NCBI GenBank assembly: GCA_036172245.1
Contig: JAYWIR010000006.1
Coordinates: forward strand, 1,302,001 to 1,366,000
Origin: Raillietiella orientalis
Taxonomy: Eukaryota
Length of the DNA: 64,000 bases
Direction of reading: 5' to 3'
Positions 24,323 through 36,400 of this stretch are shown here, piece by piece (within the stretch, counting starts at the first letter, position 1; each line of letters begins with the position of its first letter). The translations under genes were made by a program, and so were the position numbers. The notes under the pieces are model-generated. The model was not told the origin of the DNA. It searched no databases and worked only from the letters and a program-made list of their open reading frames with translations.

Positions 24323-27300
24323 TGGTTGTCACGGCGACCGATTTCCGTCGGAGAGATCGCTCGTCGGGAACGGTCTGCTGTTGCAACCTCGACGCTCGGG
24401 GCGGGCCGACGCGGCCCCGCGTCCACCCTCCGCGCCGCGGGGTGAAAGTGGAGTGCCTCTGCCGCGTGCGCCCGCGCAAGAGAGAGACGGCTGCTCGTTA
24501 TTGGTCCAGACGTTGGAACGGATTTCGAAAAAGGAGAGAAGCAGAAGGAGAGGCGAAGGCCCCGGTTTTAATTAAAGCGGCTGCTGCGGAGCCACCTCGG
24601 TTACTGTGGTCAGCGGAAGGGGAGGGAGGGGGGAAAATCGCTTCTTTTTTCAGGGAGGGCGCCGGGGTCCCTCCCTGTGACCTCCTCCCCTTCCTCCGCG
24701 AACGGGCGAACGCCGCCTCGACGCCTCTCCTTCTCTCCCTGGAAGAACGTGGTCTCCAGGACATGTGCGAAAGGAGGGCAAGCGCGAGGAGCTCGGGACC
24801 TCCTACCCTCCCCCCCTTCCCTCTGCACAGGATCCGGAGTGATGTCAGGGAGGGAGGGAGGTGGTTGCCGAGCGACCGGAGGGGCGGTTTGCATGACTTA
24901 CTCGGAAAAGTAACGGGGCGATCAGCTTCCGAGGGAGGAAGGGTTGCAGGGGGGTGACGCAGGGCTCCGCACGCGCTCGTCTCCTCCCTCCCCTCTTTTG
25001 CTCCCCTTCCACCCCCTCTCCTCCTTCCCCCCGCCTTCCTTGAGAGCAGTGGCAGTGGCGAACGGTCGTCTCGGTCGCCAGTAGGCCGCTGGCGGATTAA
25101 TGGCGGTGGCGGCGGCCCCATGGCCACGCCGCCGCCTCCTGGCATGGCGAATGTGCTGGAAAAGGAGTGACCCCGGCCCAGAGCAAAATTTACGATTTCC
25201 CAGTTACCCAGACAATGCGGGACGAAGCGATTAAGTTGGAACTGCCAGAATAAATTCAGATGATCGCCGCCACTACTTTGTTCCGAACCCGGTTGTCAAG
25301 GCTACGGGCTCATTAGGCAGTCCTCTTTTCGGATGAGCAGCGACGGCGGCAGGAGAAGCGGGAGGAGGAGGGAGGGAGGGGAAGGGCTGACGGAGGAGAG
25401 AGGCTGGGGAGAGGCGCTGCGGGTTTCCCGGGCGACGAGAATAGGTCGCCTTGAGAACGGCCGCAGCCACCGGGAGCGGCGAGGGCTGTCTCCCCGGGAT
25501 GGCGCGGCGAAGAGGGAGACCCCTACCCCGGTCCCCAGGGGAGTGGAGCTTCCCCTTCCCCTCCTCTCTCGCTTCGGGTCTCCGGAAGACGCCGGAGGGA
25601 CGCGGGCACTTCCGATGGCTGCCGCCGCCCCACGCGACAGCCCCGGAGCCGAGTCCTCTTGGAAACCCCACGGCACGCCCCACCTCCACGGCTGCTTTCA
25701 GCGAGCAGTCCCTCCTGACTGCCGCGGCATCCGTCAAGAGACCCCACCCCTGATCGAGGCTGCGACGGGTGCTGCCGCAGTTGTCCGGCGTTCTGCATCC
25801 CGGTGAGGCCCTATTCAAGGTTCACTTGGAGGCGCGAGCTAGGGGAGGGGAGAAGAGGGGGAGAGATGAAGGGTCTGCCTTCTCCCGGATCCTTCCCTGG
25901 ACAAAAGCAGCTTCGTCGGACAGACGACGGGTGGGAAGCCACCAACAGAGATGGGGCGAGGAGGCAGTAGGACGTCCAATGCAAGGCCATGGGCACCCAC
26001 GAAGAGGGCAGCGGTCCAGGGATCCCTGCTCCCGGGTGCGGGGAGTTCCCTGGACCGCCTGGGTCCTCCGACGGCAGCTCCCGCATCGCGGGGAGGCCAG
26101 AGGTGAAGGGGGGGGAAGAGTATAGGGGTTCCCAGATTCCCGTGGACTCCCCCACAGGGTGCGGAAACCATCGGGAGGACCTCCGGTGGGCCCGCGGGCG
26201 AACGGCTCCCCACCGGCGGTCGCCGGCTGAAGGCCGCGGAGGTGGCCACGCACACGCCGAGGGTGGGCGCGGGGCGAAGGCTGACGGGAGTGCCCAGGGA
26301 CGGCGAGGCCATCACGTCGCGCCTGGGTGACGCGCGGCGGGACGGGGCGCAGCGGGGCTCCCCGGCGCTCGCCTCGCAGGCGGGAAGTCTTGGAGAGCCG
26401 AAGAGCAGACCGCCGGAACCACGGGGCACACGGGAGGGCGTGGCTGGAGGAGTGGGCACGATCGTATGCGATGAGGTCTCCGAGGCTGGGGCGCGTAGGG
26501 GAGGAAGGGAAGAAGACGCTGGGAAAGCTCCGGGATTTTCCTTCCGAGGTACGTAGGACGCGCGGCGCCCGGCAACGGACCGGTGGCGACCCGAAGCGAT
26601 CGCAACCTACCCGGGACGCGGGAAGGGGTGAGGGTTAGGAGGCAAGGGCGCGGAGGATCCTCCAGGACCGCGCATCCCGTTTTTCCTGGAGGAAGCCCCC
26701 GGGAAAAACGGGATAGGAGGCTCTGGAGGACGCCTCAGCGCTCCGTTGCGTTTCAGGGGAGGAGCGAGTGGAGGGAGTGCGCAAGACGGCAACCGACGCT
26801 ACCACGCCATCGAGCCTGCAGTGGCCGGAAGCTGCGAGGGATGGACCGGGTCGCTCTCCCTCGCGTCTTCCCCGCCGGCCGCGAGCGCCTGATGGCGCGC
26901 GGGGCAAGGGAGCGGCGGTTGAACGGCTACGGACAGCTGGTTTTTTTTTTTTTCTTCCTTCCTCCGTGCAGGGTCCAGCGACCCGGAGGGAGGGAGAAGT
27001 TGCTGTCGCTGCCTGCTGCGGGCGGAGGTAGAAGGTGCAATCCTGCCGCCGCCGGCTGTTGCCTCCTTTTCTTCTCGAGCTCTGGCCGAAGGGAAGGAAG
27101 AGAGGAAGCGCAGAAGAAAACGAAGGATGGGGGAAGGTTCCTGCCTCCGGCGATCCCGACTTTCTCGCGCATGCGCGGAGAAGCACCGAACCTGCCTCAG
27201 CGCAGCTTCCACTTGTGTCTCGGCCGGCCGACTCGGTCAATTAGGAGTGGTGCTTTTCCTCTCCCGGAGAACGTGCAACCCCGGCTCACTGACCACGACA

Positions 27301-28872
27301 GGGGCGTCTCCCTAATTGGCTTCGTTGCTCTCGATGAATCTCGATTCTTCTTCTCCTCCGCTTCCTTCCTCCTCCTCCCTTCCTTCTCTTCTCCTCTTTC
27401 ACTCCCCTCCTCCCTTCCCCCTCCTCCTCTTGTCTTTATCCTCCTTTCTTCTTGTCCTCCATTCCTTTCCTGCTTCCCTTCTTCCTTTTCTTCGTCCCCT
27501 CGCAGCTCTCCCTTTATTCCCCGTTCCCGTTCGTCAGGTTTCGCTTTTCCAGATCATCGCCTTCGCTGCCAGGAAGCTGTAAAACTTCGAGGGGGAAGTT
27601 CCCATCTCCCATTCCAACTGGGACAGAGTCGAATCCACAGATCCACAGTCGGGCGCGCGGCAGCGCACGCGACTTCCAGCTCCAGAGACAAGGGGCGTCC
27701 ATGGATTGCTTCTGCTGCTGGAGACGGGTTCGAGGGACTGGCGTTCGTCGTGGGGGAGCGACCTGTTCGGGAATGCCTGTGGACACGCCTGCCCATGAGT
27801 CCAATACCTCCTTTCCTCTGAGACAAGGGAGAAGATCGTTTCCCGATCGTCTCGACAGGTGAGGGAGAAGAGGAGGCGAGCATCTTGGATTTCCTCCTGA
27901 CCCCCGTTTTCCTTCTGTTCCCGGAGGTCGCCGAGATCGTGGCAGAATTTCCGTAGGTCCACAAGGAGAAGTTGGAGACCGCACCCGGAGGGTGTAGCAA
28001 GGGTCGAGATCAGAGGCGCTTTCGCGAGCGAGGCCACTCCTAAGGAGGACCGGGGCATCCTCTGCCCCGCTGTGAAGGGAGCGGCGCCGTCGGAGAGGAA
28101 GGGGAAGGAGAGTGGATGACAGCTCCGAGGGGTGTCCCCTCCCATTCTCTTCTCATCCCACTTCGCTTCCACGATAAGTGCGGCTCGCTCTTCCTCCCTC
28201 GCTCGTAGAGCGTCTCACGCCATCCTGGTTGGCATTTCTCCTGGCGCCACCTTTCGCGACCCTCGGAGAACCGCCTTGGAGGCGCCCGTATCCCGTGCTC
28301 CCTCGTGACCGCGGCCTTGAGCACCTCCAGCCATCCTAGCGGCTTCCGGAGGCGGCTCATCTCGCGCGCCATCTCTGCGGCCTGTGCGAAGCGCGGCGCG
28401 GCACCGCCTTTGCCCTCTTCCTCCTCTTCCTCCCCGTGAGTGGCGAACTAGCCGACGGGGGATCGATCAGGAGCACGGCAAAGGAAGGAGAAGCTTTGCG
28501 CCAGACTGCCCCAGCGGCGAGGAGCTCCCTGGAATGAAGCGGCGGAAACTCCCCCTCCCTCCCCTTCGCATCCTGGCTGGAGGAGAGCCGGCATCACGGT
28601 CGAATCGGGCGACCTTCGAAGATGCCGAGGCACCTCCACTCTCACGAGCATCCTTCCTACCAGAGCTCCCTGACCCATCCCTGGGGCAGAGGCCAGTCAC
28701 TAAATGCACGCTCTCTCGACGACTACCCATCGGTTCTGCGTGACGTCATCCAGCATCGCTTTCTGGGCATCCCCCTGCTGTGTGAATGCCCCTTCCCTTC
28801 AGAAGTCAGCATGGATGGACGCCCTGAATGCGCCGTATGCACACACACGCGCGCACGAAAACTGGCACAGGA

Positions 28873-28958
28873 ACGCACACGTACATGCACACGTAGAATG
28901 CACACGTAAAATGCATGCGTAGATGCATACGTGGAATGCACGTGTAGATGCACACTTG
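28873..28958. repeat. Degenerate minisatellite, about 7 units of 11-13 nt (consensus ATGCACACGTAG[A])
   Basis: acgcacacgtac / atgcacacgtaga / atgcacacgtaaa / atgcatgcgtag / atgcatacgtgga / atgcacgtgtag / atgcacacttg. Confidence 0.85.
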
Positions 28959-31900
28959 ACTGCAGAGTTGCCGTAAGTTTCTGAAGAACGCCTTCCGAGG
29001 TCGAAGTGTCTGAGACGAACGGGTTCGATAAGAGGAGGAGTGGGAGGCTCCCTTGACAGTGATGCAGAGAGATGAGCCTGTTCTGGGAGGATGCTGAGGC
29101 CCACTGCTACAGGCGTGATCGAGCAGTGCTGTTCCTGCGTTCCTGGGGTTCCCGCAGGAAGCGAGCGCGAGGTGAAAGTCTGCCTGCCTGCTGCTCCTCT
29201 CCTGCCGCCGTGCCCCTCGAGGAGGAAGGGGGGGGAGCAACAGACTCCCTTCCCCCTCAAAAGCTGTCCGGAAGCTCTCGATGAACACCGCAGATGGAAG
29301 ACTTCGGGAACTGTTGTCCGTTTCCTTCCTCTTCGGTCGGCGAATCGGGAGTGTCGCGGGAGAGGTCGACGGCCAGCCGCACTGCTCCAGCGAACGAGCT
29401 GGGAGCAGGAGAAGGCGGGCAAAGTGGAACCTCTTGCCAGCAGGGGAGCGAACGCCGTCTCAGCGTCCTCCCCCCCCCCACATGCCGCGAAGCATCCGGA
29501 AGTGCAGCCTTGTCAAGCAGGTCTCTCTGTAGATGGAGGCCCTTCGTCTCCACCTGAGGGTCTACTTCGAAGCAGCGAAACCGGGGGATGGTGGCGGGGG
29601 AGAGGGCGTTTCTTCCTGGGTGCTGCGCGCCGGATTAGCCTTCCGGTAGGAGTTCGGAAGCAGTCAGCTCGTTCTCGCCTCCTCTTTGCTCCCCTCTCCA
29701 CGAGTGGCACCTCTGGGAACGAGTGAACGAAGAACTTCTCCCCGACCGGAGAGGAGTCCAGCGCAGCCCCCGAGACCAGGATGGTTGCAGGAGGGCGCTC
29801 CAGGGGGATGGGGTGGGGGACGGTTTTACATCTCTGGAGTTTTGGCTGGTCTCCCTCCGGGGACTCTTTTCGAGAGACGGAAGGGCCGCTTGCGGTGGGC
29901 GAGGAGGAAGCCCCTCTGGAAGGAAGAAGATCCAAGACGATGCCCTGAAGCGAGGACCCAAGCAAGCAAAGAGAAGCTCCTGGTTTGCAGTGGCTTAGCT
30001 GGTTCCTCCCTTGTTCCCTGCTCCTCCAGTGTCTGGAGTGGATGCCCCCCACCCTTCGGTTCGCCAGCTCGAATCCGCCCTTTGGCTGGATGTGTAGGAA
30101 TCATCTTGGAACCAACTTGCGTTAGAGATGAGGAGGAGGGCACGCCCGTCTTTCATCCCCGGCGAAGACGTGCTCCGGGAGCTGCCCCAGTCGGAGTGCC
30201 CTCGACCTCTCAAGACGGCCGCCTCGGGCCGCTGCCGCAAGCCCTCTCCGTCGGGAAAGCTGCCGCTGACCCCGTCGTTCCTTGTCAGGAAAGGATGAGC
30301 AGGGAGTATTTTCTGGGAACGGGAGCTCCCTCCCCCCATGTTCTTCCCACGGAATGCACGCAGCTCGCACCCGATGCCACTCTTCGGACGCTCCGGACAA
30401 ACCTGAAGAGCAGGCTGCCGGGAAAAAAGGCAACGCAGAAGAGAAGGCTGCCTCGGGAGCAGGAGGAGCGCAAGAGCAAGCGGGTCTAGGGGCCGAAACG
30501 GCCCTTCCAGTAGCAGTAGCAGCAGAGGGACCCAAATGTCGCGATCCCCAGACGTGAACGGCGGAGGTCGCGCAACCGGGTGCCCGTCGCCTCTTCCAGG
30601 GCACCGGCGTCGCCGCCGCGCTCTTGGCAGGCGATCCCGTCTCGGGAGCCGTTATTAATAGATGGGTTCTATTAATCGAAGGAAGACAGGAGTGTAAGTA
30701 AGTAATGATATTGATTTCACGCTCCCGTGGCATTCGCCAAACACCTGTGTGTTTCTGCCGCGGACGCAGGCGGAACTGATGGCTCGGAAAGAAAGCGCTC
30801 CAGCCAGATGCAATCAACAGAACACGAGCGCGCGGCTGTCGAGATTGGCTGCGAGTCTGACCGCAGTTGTTAACAACGGTGAGGGGAAAGGGGAGGGGGG
30901 GGGGAGAGGGGAGAGGAGGGGGGAATCTGGCGCTGTTTAAATCTTTCCGTCCTTGCTCGCTTGCATGACCTAAAAATCCAGATGGAAAAAGAATCAGAAT
31001 AAAAATCAGCTTCACTAAAGAGACCCGTGCAGGGAGAGAGGGGGACAAAAAAAAGAAGAAGAAGAAGAAAAAAAAAACAACAAAAAAATCCCCCACCCCC
31101 CTTCCTTCCTCCTCAGACTGAGCAAAACCGGTTTTCTTCCTCCGTGCTCAGCAGAGATGGTGATGCCAAAGATGCTGAGGAGGTTCAGCTCTGTTCGACT
31201 GAATCCCTGGGGAAGGCGCCGCGAAGCACAGGGAATTTTCGAGACCGGGCATGCCCCCGAAGGCTGGATGGCTGAGCAGAGAATTCGAATTTTATGCTAA
31301 TTTTCGAGTTTGGCCTCGTCCTGCCGCGCTGCGTCCGCATACGAAAGTCCCTAATGGATGCCGATTAGCCAGGAGCAACCATGCGCGGAATGTGGCTGAA
31401 GAGAGTGCGGTTTGCCCTCGGATGGGGCTTCGGGCCCGTGAGGCCCGGGGGGAGGGGAGAATCGTAAGCGCCCACAGCAAAGATCAGGGCTGACTGCTTC
31501 CAAGAGGCCCCCTTCCTCCCTCAAAAAGGGGGGGGGGGAGAAGTGACGGACGGAGCTGGCCCGGCAAGCCGAGCACCGCCTGTGGGCCCCCGCGACGAGC
31601 AACAGAGAGAAGCCGGGCATTTCGTTCGCGAGATTCCCGGGAGATCCCTCGCCCACGTGCCTGGAAGGCCGCACGAACCTGGAAGAGCCGTTGAGCGGAA
31701 TTTCGTCTCGGACGGGTTGAGTTCTCCCCTCCCCCCCCCCCACACACACACACTCGAGGGTGCCAAAAGCTCGCGCCCGCCTCGCCACGCGCTTCGTAGG
31801 TGAGATGGCGCGGTGTATGAAAACTCTTCATCCCTCAAGCGGAGAATTGACCGGTGGGGAAACTCTGAGGTCCTGCTGCGGGGCAGATTCTCTTGAAGGA

Positions 31901-33348
31901 AGCTTGAACTTCCTGTGCAGAAGCGACGGAGGATTCCTCGTGAAAGCACGCGGAATCCGCGAGGGCAGCGCGGTTCTGGTGGTGGCCGAAGCTTCGAGCC
32001 TGGTTGCCACGCGAACCGAGCCACGCGAGAGTGCTGCGTTGGAGAAGAGCTTCGGCCGCGTATCCAAAAACGGCATCGGAAACTGAAGCATGGCGATGGC
32101 TCTTGCCAAAAGCTAAAAGTTTAATCTGACCAGCAGTGGATCAGGCCCCCTCCCGATAAGGAGGGGGCTCTTGAGCCGGAGGAGCAGTTTTGCCCCACGG
32201 AAGCCCGAATGGCGTTTTTTTCCCGGGAAGGGAGGGGGGGGAGAGGCGCGGATTCGAATTCCTGGAGACAAATTAAGGCTGGCAGGCTGTCCTCATATTT
32301 TGCGGTTCGGACCGTACTTTGTACTTCTGCGGCCTCCTCTGCTCTCTGGAGCCATTCTCGGAATTCATTTCTGGCTTAACATGGTAGGGTCAAGCGGACT
32401 GCAATAGCTGTCAAATTTCGGTAATGGGTTATTTCCTTTCCTTTGATTTCCAAGGCTGCACCATCTCTTTCCTCGACTACTGCGGAGTCATCGCTGCATC
32501 CGATCCATGGCGACGGTACTCGTCTGCGTACGACAGGATGGCTTGCCGTGCGCGCTGCAACTGAGATGAGTAAGCGATTCGAGACGAGAAACTTTTGAAA
32601 CATCCTTCCTCCGATCGTCGAACGAGGGGGAGGGGGGGGGGGAACTTGAGAGGCTCTTGTCCCCTCCCCTCCCCCCCCCCGTTCGACGATTTTTCTGGGC
32701 CAAACCTCTTCTTGCCCGCCTCCTCCTCCTCCGCGGAAGCTTCTCCGAGAGGAGACCTTCGAAGACCGTCCCAAGGTACATACCGAGAACGAAATTCCCT
32801 TCCTTCCAGCCCATGCGGCCCTCGAGGACCCCCCCCCCCTCCGTCGGAACGAGAGCGCGTATCAATGGGACGCCTTCGCATTCGTCGGGGAGCGTCACTC
32901 GGACGAGAGAGCCCGGTTGGGCTGTTCCAGGGGCCACCGCAGTCGTCGTCACCGCCGCATTTGCCTCGGTTCTTAGGCTTCAGAGGAGCAAACAGACGGC
33001 GGGACCTCAGAAAGCTGCCCATCAAAGGAATGCTTTCTTATTTTTATTCTATTTATTTTATTTTTTTTATTTCGCGTGTAAGCGGATGCGCTCGTCAATG
33101 CAGAATCGCAGAAGCAACGAAAGATGCATTCGCCGTGGATGCGAGCGAGCGTCTTGCGCAGACAAGGACGCGCCCTCACCGAGCAGCACTGGCAAAAGGT
33201 AAGCCGGAATGAAATCTAACGGATACGATTACATGTACGAGACCATAAAACGTCTGAACTTTGGTGATCAAGGTCAAAAACATAAAATCATCTCGGAGCT
33301 GCTCTTTCAGGTAGTAACTGTAGCAAAGTTCTCGTTTATAGGGAAAGA

Positions 33349-33352
<4 letters not shown>

Positions 33353-33398
<46 letters not shown>
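33353..33398. repeat. (TC)23 microsatellite
   Basis: Perfect TC dinucleotide run. Confidence 0.95.
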
Positions 33399-33402
<4 letters not shown>

Positions 33403-36400
33403 GCGCTTTTCAAAGATCGCCACGGTTATTGCCAATATATTTGCACCGTGGACTTTTAAGGAAGGACGGAGGAATGTAATGGTGCGATTGTGTACGCTGC
33501 CGGATCCACCAGACTCCCAGTAATGAACATCGAGATCAAGAAACAGATTCCTCTTTCCGTTTATCCGAAAGCACAAAGATGAAAAAGACAATCCAGTTTT
33601 TTTTTCCTTTTTTTTTTTTTCCCTTTTACGACCCCTTTACAAGATTCCCTCTCATTCCGTGTTTGCTTGTTTTGAGTTCTTAGCTGGGGGCTGTGCTTCT
33701 ACGTTTTTGCTCCGTTGCAGGCAACATCCGTTCCTTACCTTCTGGCCGATACGACTTTCCCTTACCTGGAAGCGGTTACGAGGAGGCTGCCCGATGCACC
33801 AGGAGAGGATTAAATTTCAGACCGAGGATCATTATCAGCTAATAGGGCCTTAATTATTTTCTGAACAAAAACGTAGCAGGATGGAAAAATTATCAGGATC
33901 GAGCTCGTTGTCTGAAATTACGGATGGAAGATGAAGGGTATTCGGTGGAAGCGTTTGGCTCTCAAAGGCTCCTGGGCACGTAGAAAAACATCAAACTTTT
34001 CGATGCTTTCTTTTTTTTTTTTTTTTCCTCTTGGAGGGGGGCTTTCTGTAGGGGGAAAGGTGTACCGAAAGATGATGCCTTCCCCCCTCCCCTCTCTCTC
34101 TCTCTCTACACAGCAAGAGCGACAGCGAGAGAGTGAGAACGGTGGATCCCCCACCCGCAGTCCATTGATGAGGGAACATTCTTGTTGCTGCCCAAATGTT
34201 CCAAACTTCGTCTTCTCCGTGGAAGGCACAGATGGGAAAGTGTGTTTCCGGCGTACGATTAAAACACACACACACACTTGTACTGACTGGGTGTTTGGTT
34301 CCCCTCCCGCGAAGAACGCTGGCCGAAGTCCACCCTGCTCCGACGCCCCGGCGGTTGCGTCACTCCCTCGCGTCGTTTGCGCAAACCCGCGGTGACCGTT
34401 GCGCGGATGCGTTCCCTGACGCACGCGCACGCACGTACGCGCCTGACCACACACGCGGCGCGCGCGCCGCATCCGGCCGTCCTGCGGCCGGATGGACTTT
34501 CGGGAATTCCTCCTGAGGCAGGACGGAGGCGCTCGCTCGCGCGCCGAGCACGGCCTTTGCTCCGGAGCAGCTTCCACACCTCTGCACCCCCGGAGACACG
34601 CGCATCACCTTGCCCCTCACAGGCAGATCGCTCTTTCGCAGTGTTTAAAAATACCATTTGTTCCTCGCGAACGCTAATTTTTTTCGCGGGCCGCGCCTCC
34701 GACGCGGGGCGACGCGAGTTCATTAACAACCGAGGATGAATTCCGGCGATACCTCACGGGAACCGAACCGGATATCCCGAAGACAGAAGCGATCTGCTTC
34801 GGAACGGGGAGATGCGAAAGCGAAGATCGAGGGGGAGGAGGCCCCGGCCGCGGGGAAGCGCCAGCAGCAGCACCTCGTCGCCGTCGGCGGCGGGGGCGGG
34901 GGAGAGACGCGACCCTGGAGGACGGCCGCCCGCGCTCCGCAGCAAATGAGGCAAGCGGAAAGAGTTCCCGGAGCTCGGGCGTCCCGAAGCCGAAGGATGG
35001 CTGCGACTCACCCGGGTGCCCCCGGAGCGTCTAGCAGAAGAAGCCCTGATGTATGCCCTGATGATAATGGGAGAAGGAGTCAGGAGACAGCGGAAGGTGA
35101 CAAATACAAATGGAAAGCATAAGAAACGCATGAACGAAGAGACAAAACGCTGGAAAAGGCAATTTTTAAAGCGAAGACATCGAGTCCCCAGGAGACCAAG
35201 AAGAAAAATTCGTAGTTCAGAGAGAGATGAGTCCTCCTTTTCATAGAAGAATGATTTTTTTTTTCTTCCTCTCGAAAAACATTTTTTTTTTTTAAAAAAA
35301 AAAAAAAAAGAGAGAAAGAAAGAAAAGAAGGAAAAAAAGAAAGAAGAAAAAAAAGAGGGTAGGTGGAGGGAGAACGGAAACCATGGAAGGAAAGCCAGGA
35401 GTTCATCAGACTCCCAGGTAGGAGCACTCTGGCAGGATTCCCAAGATATCTTTTTCTTTTCTTCCCCTCCCCTCTCCCCCCCTTCTTTCTTTCTTGACGT
35501 CCAGGTCTTTCCCTCTGTCGCGCCGGGTTTTCTTTCCTGCCTTCTTCCCGCTCCTCCTCCCTGTCCTTCCTTCTTTCTTTTTTGGTTTCTGGGGCGCTTC
35601 CAGCGCCAGCTCGAGCCGACCTGTTGGCGGCAAAGCTGCAGAGACTCCCCCGAAAACTCGGCGACGACCAGACTCGCTCTGAGTCGGGTTCTACCTTCGC
35701 GACAGGTCATCCTGCGACTACCTAAGGGGCTCCTCACAGAAGGCGCGCTTCCTCAAGGGGCAGTGTCCCATTCAGGCATCCCCTAGGTCCCTCCGCGCGG
35801 GAAATCCTCGGGAAAAGCGCGAAGGGCGCTCGCTCGAGTCCGTCCGCCCTCCAAACCGAAGCGGGAGGAAGAGGAGAGCTCGTACGGGTTAGCAGGAACC
35901 TCAAGGAGGACAGACCGTCCCTGGAAGGGCTCCGCCTCCTCTTCCCCGGACGAGGGGGATGTCCTCGGGGGCGAGCAGGAAGACTGGCTCGCTCACACAG
36001 GAGGCGGTGAGGGAGCTGCGCGCAGCGCAAAAGCAGAGATGGCTCCCCTCTCTGAGGGAGGAACTTCTGGAGCGGAGGGGTCGCTTTGACCGCCGGAGGG
36101 CGCAAAGATGCTCGCAGTAGAACCGATGGCGGTCGAGATCACCTCTGGAGCGTCCGGCGCTCCCTGGATCTTTCTCGGGAAATGTCACGTGGTTTAGGGC
36201 AGGGCGAATCCGCGACTCCACCACTCGCGCCAGCAGGTGACCTCCGCCTCGGCTCGCTGCCGCACTTCGCGGTGCCGGCGAGGCGAGGGACGCGGTCGCT
36301 TGACCTCGTCGCTGTTTCTGCGGGCTGCCTCGCCCTCCCCTCCACTATCCCGTCCTTCTTCCGAGCAACCCTCGGTCGCCCAGGACGACCTCGCAACTCA

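Noticed and set aside
33083..33198. Possible + exon encoding HSPWMR (Hox hexapeptide-like) before AAG|GTAAGC
   Set aside because: Weak acceptor, all three frames open, and no homeobox exon downstream.
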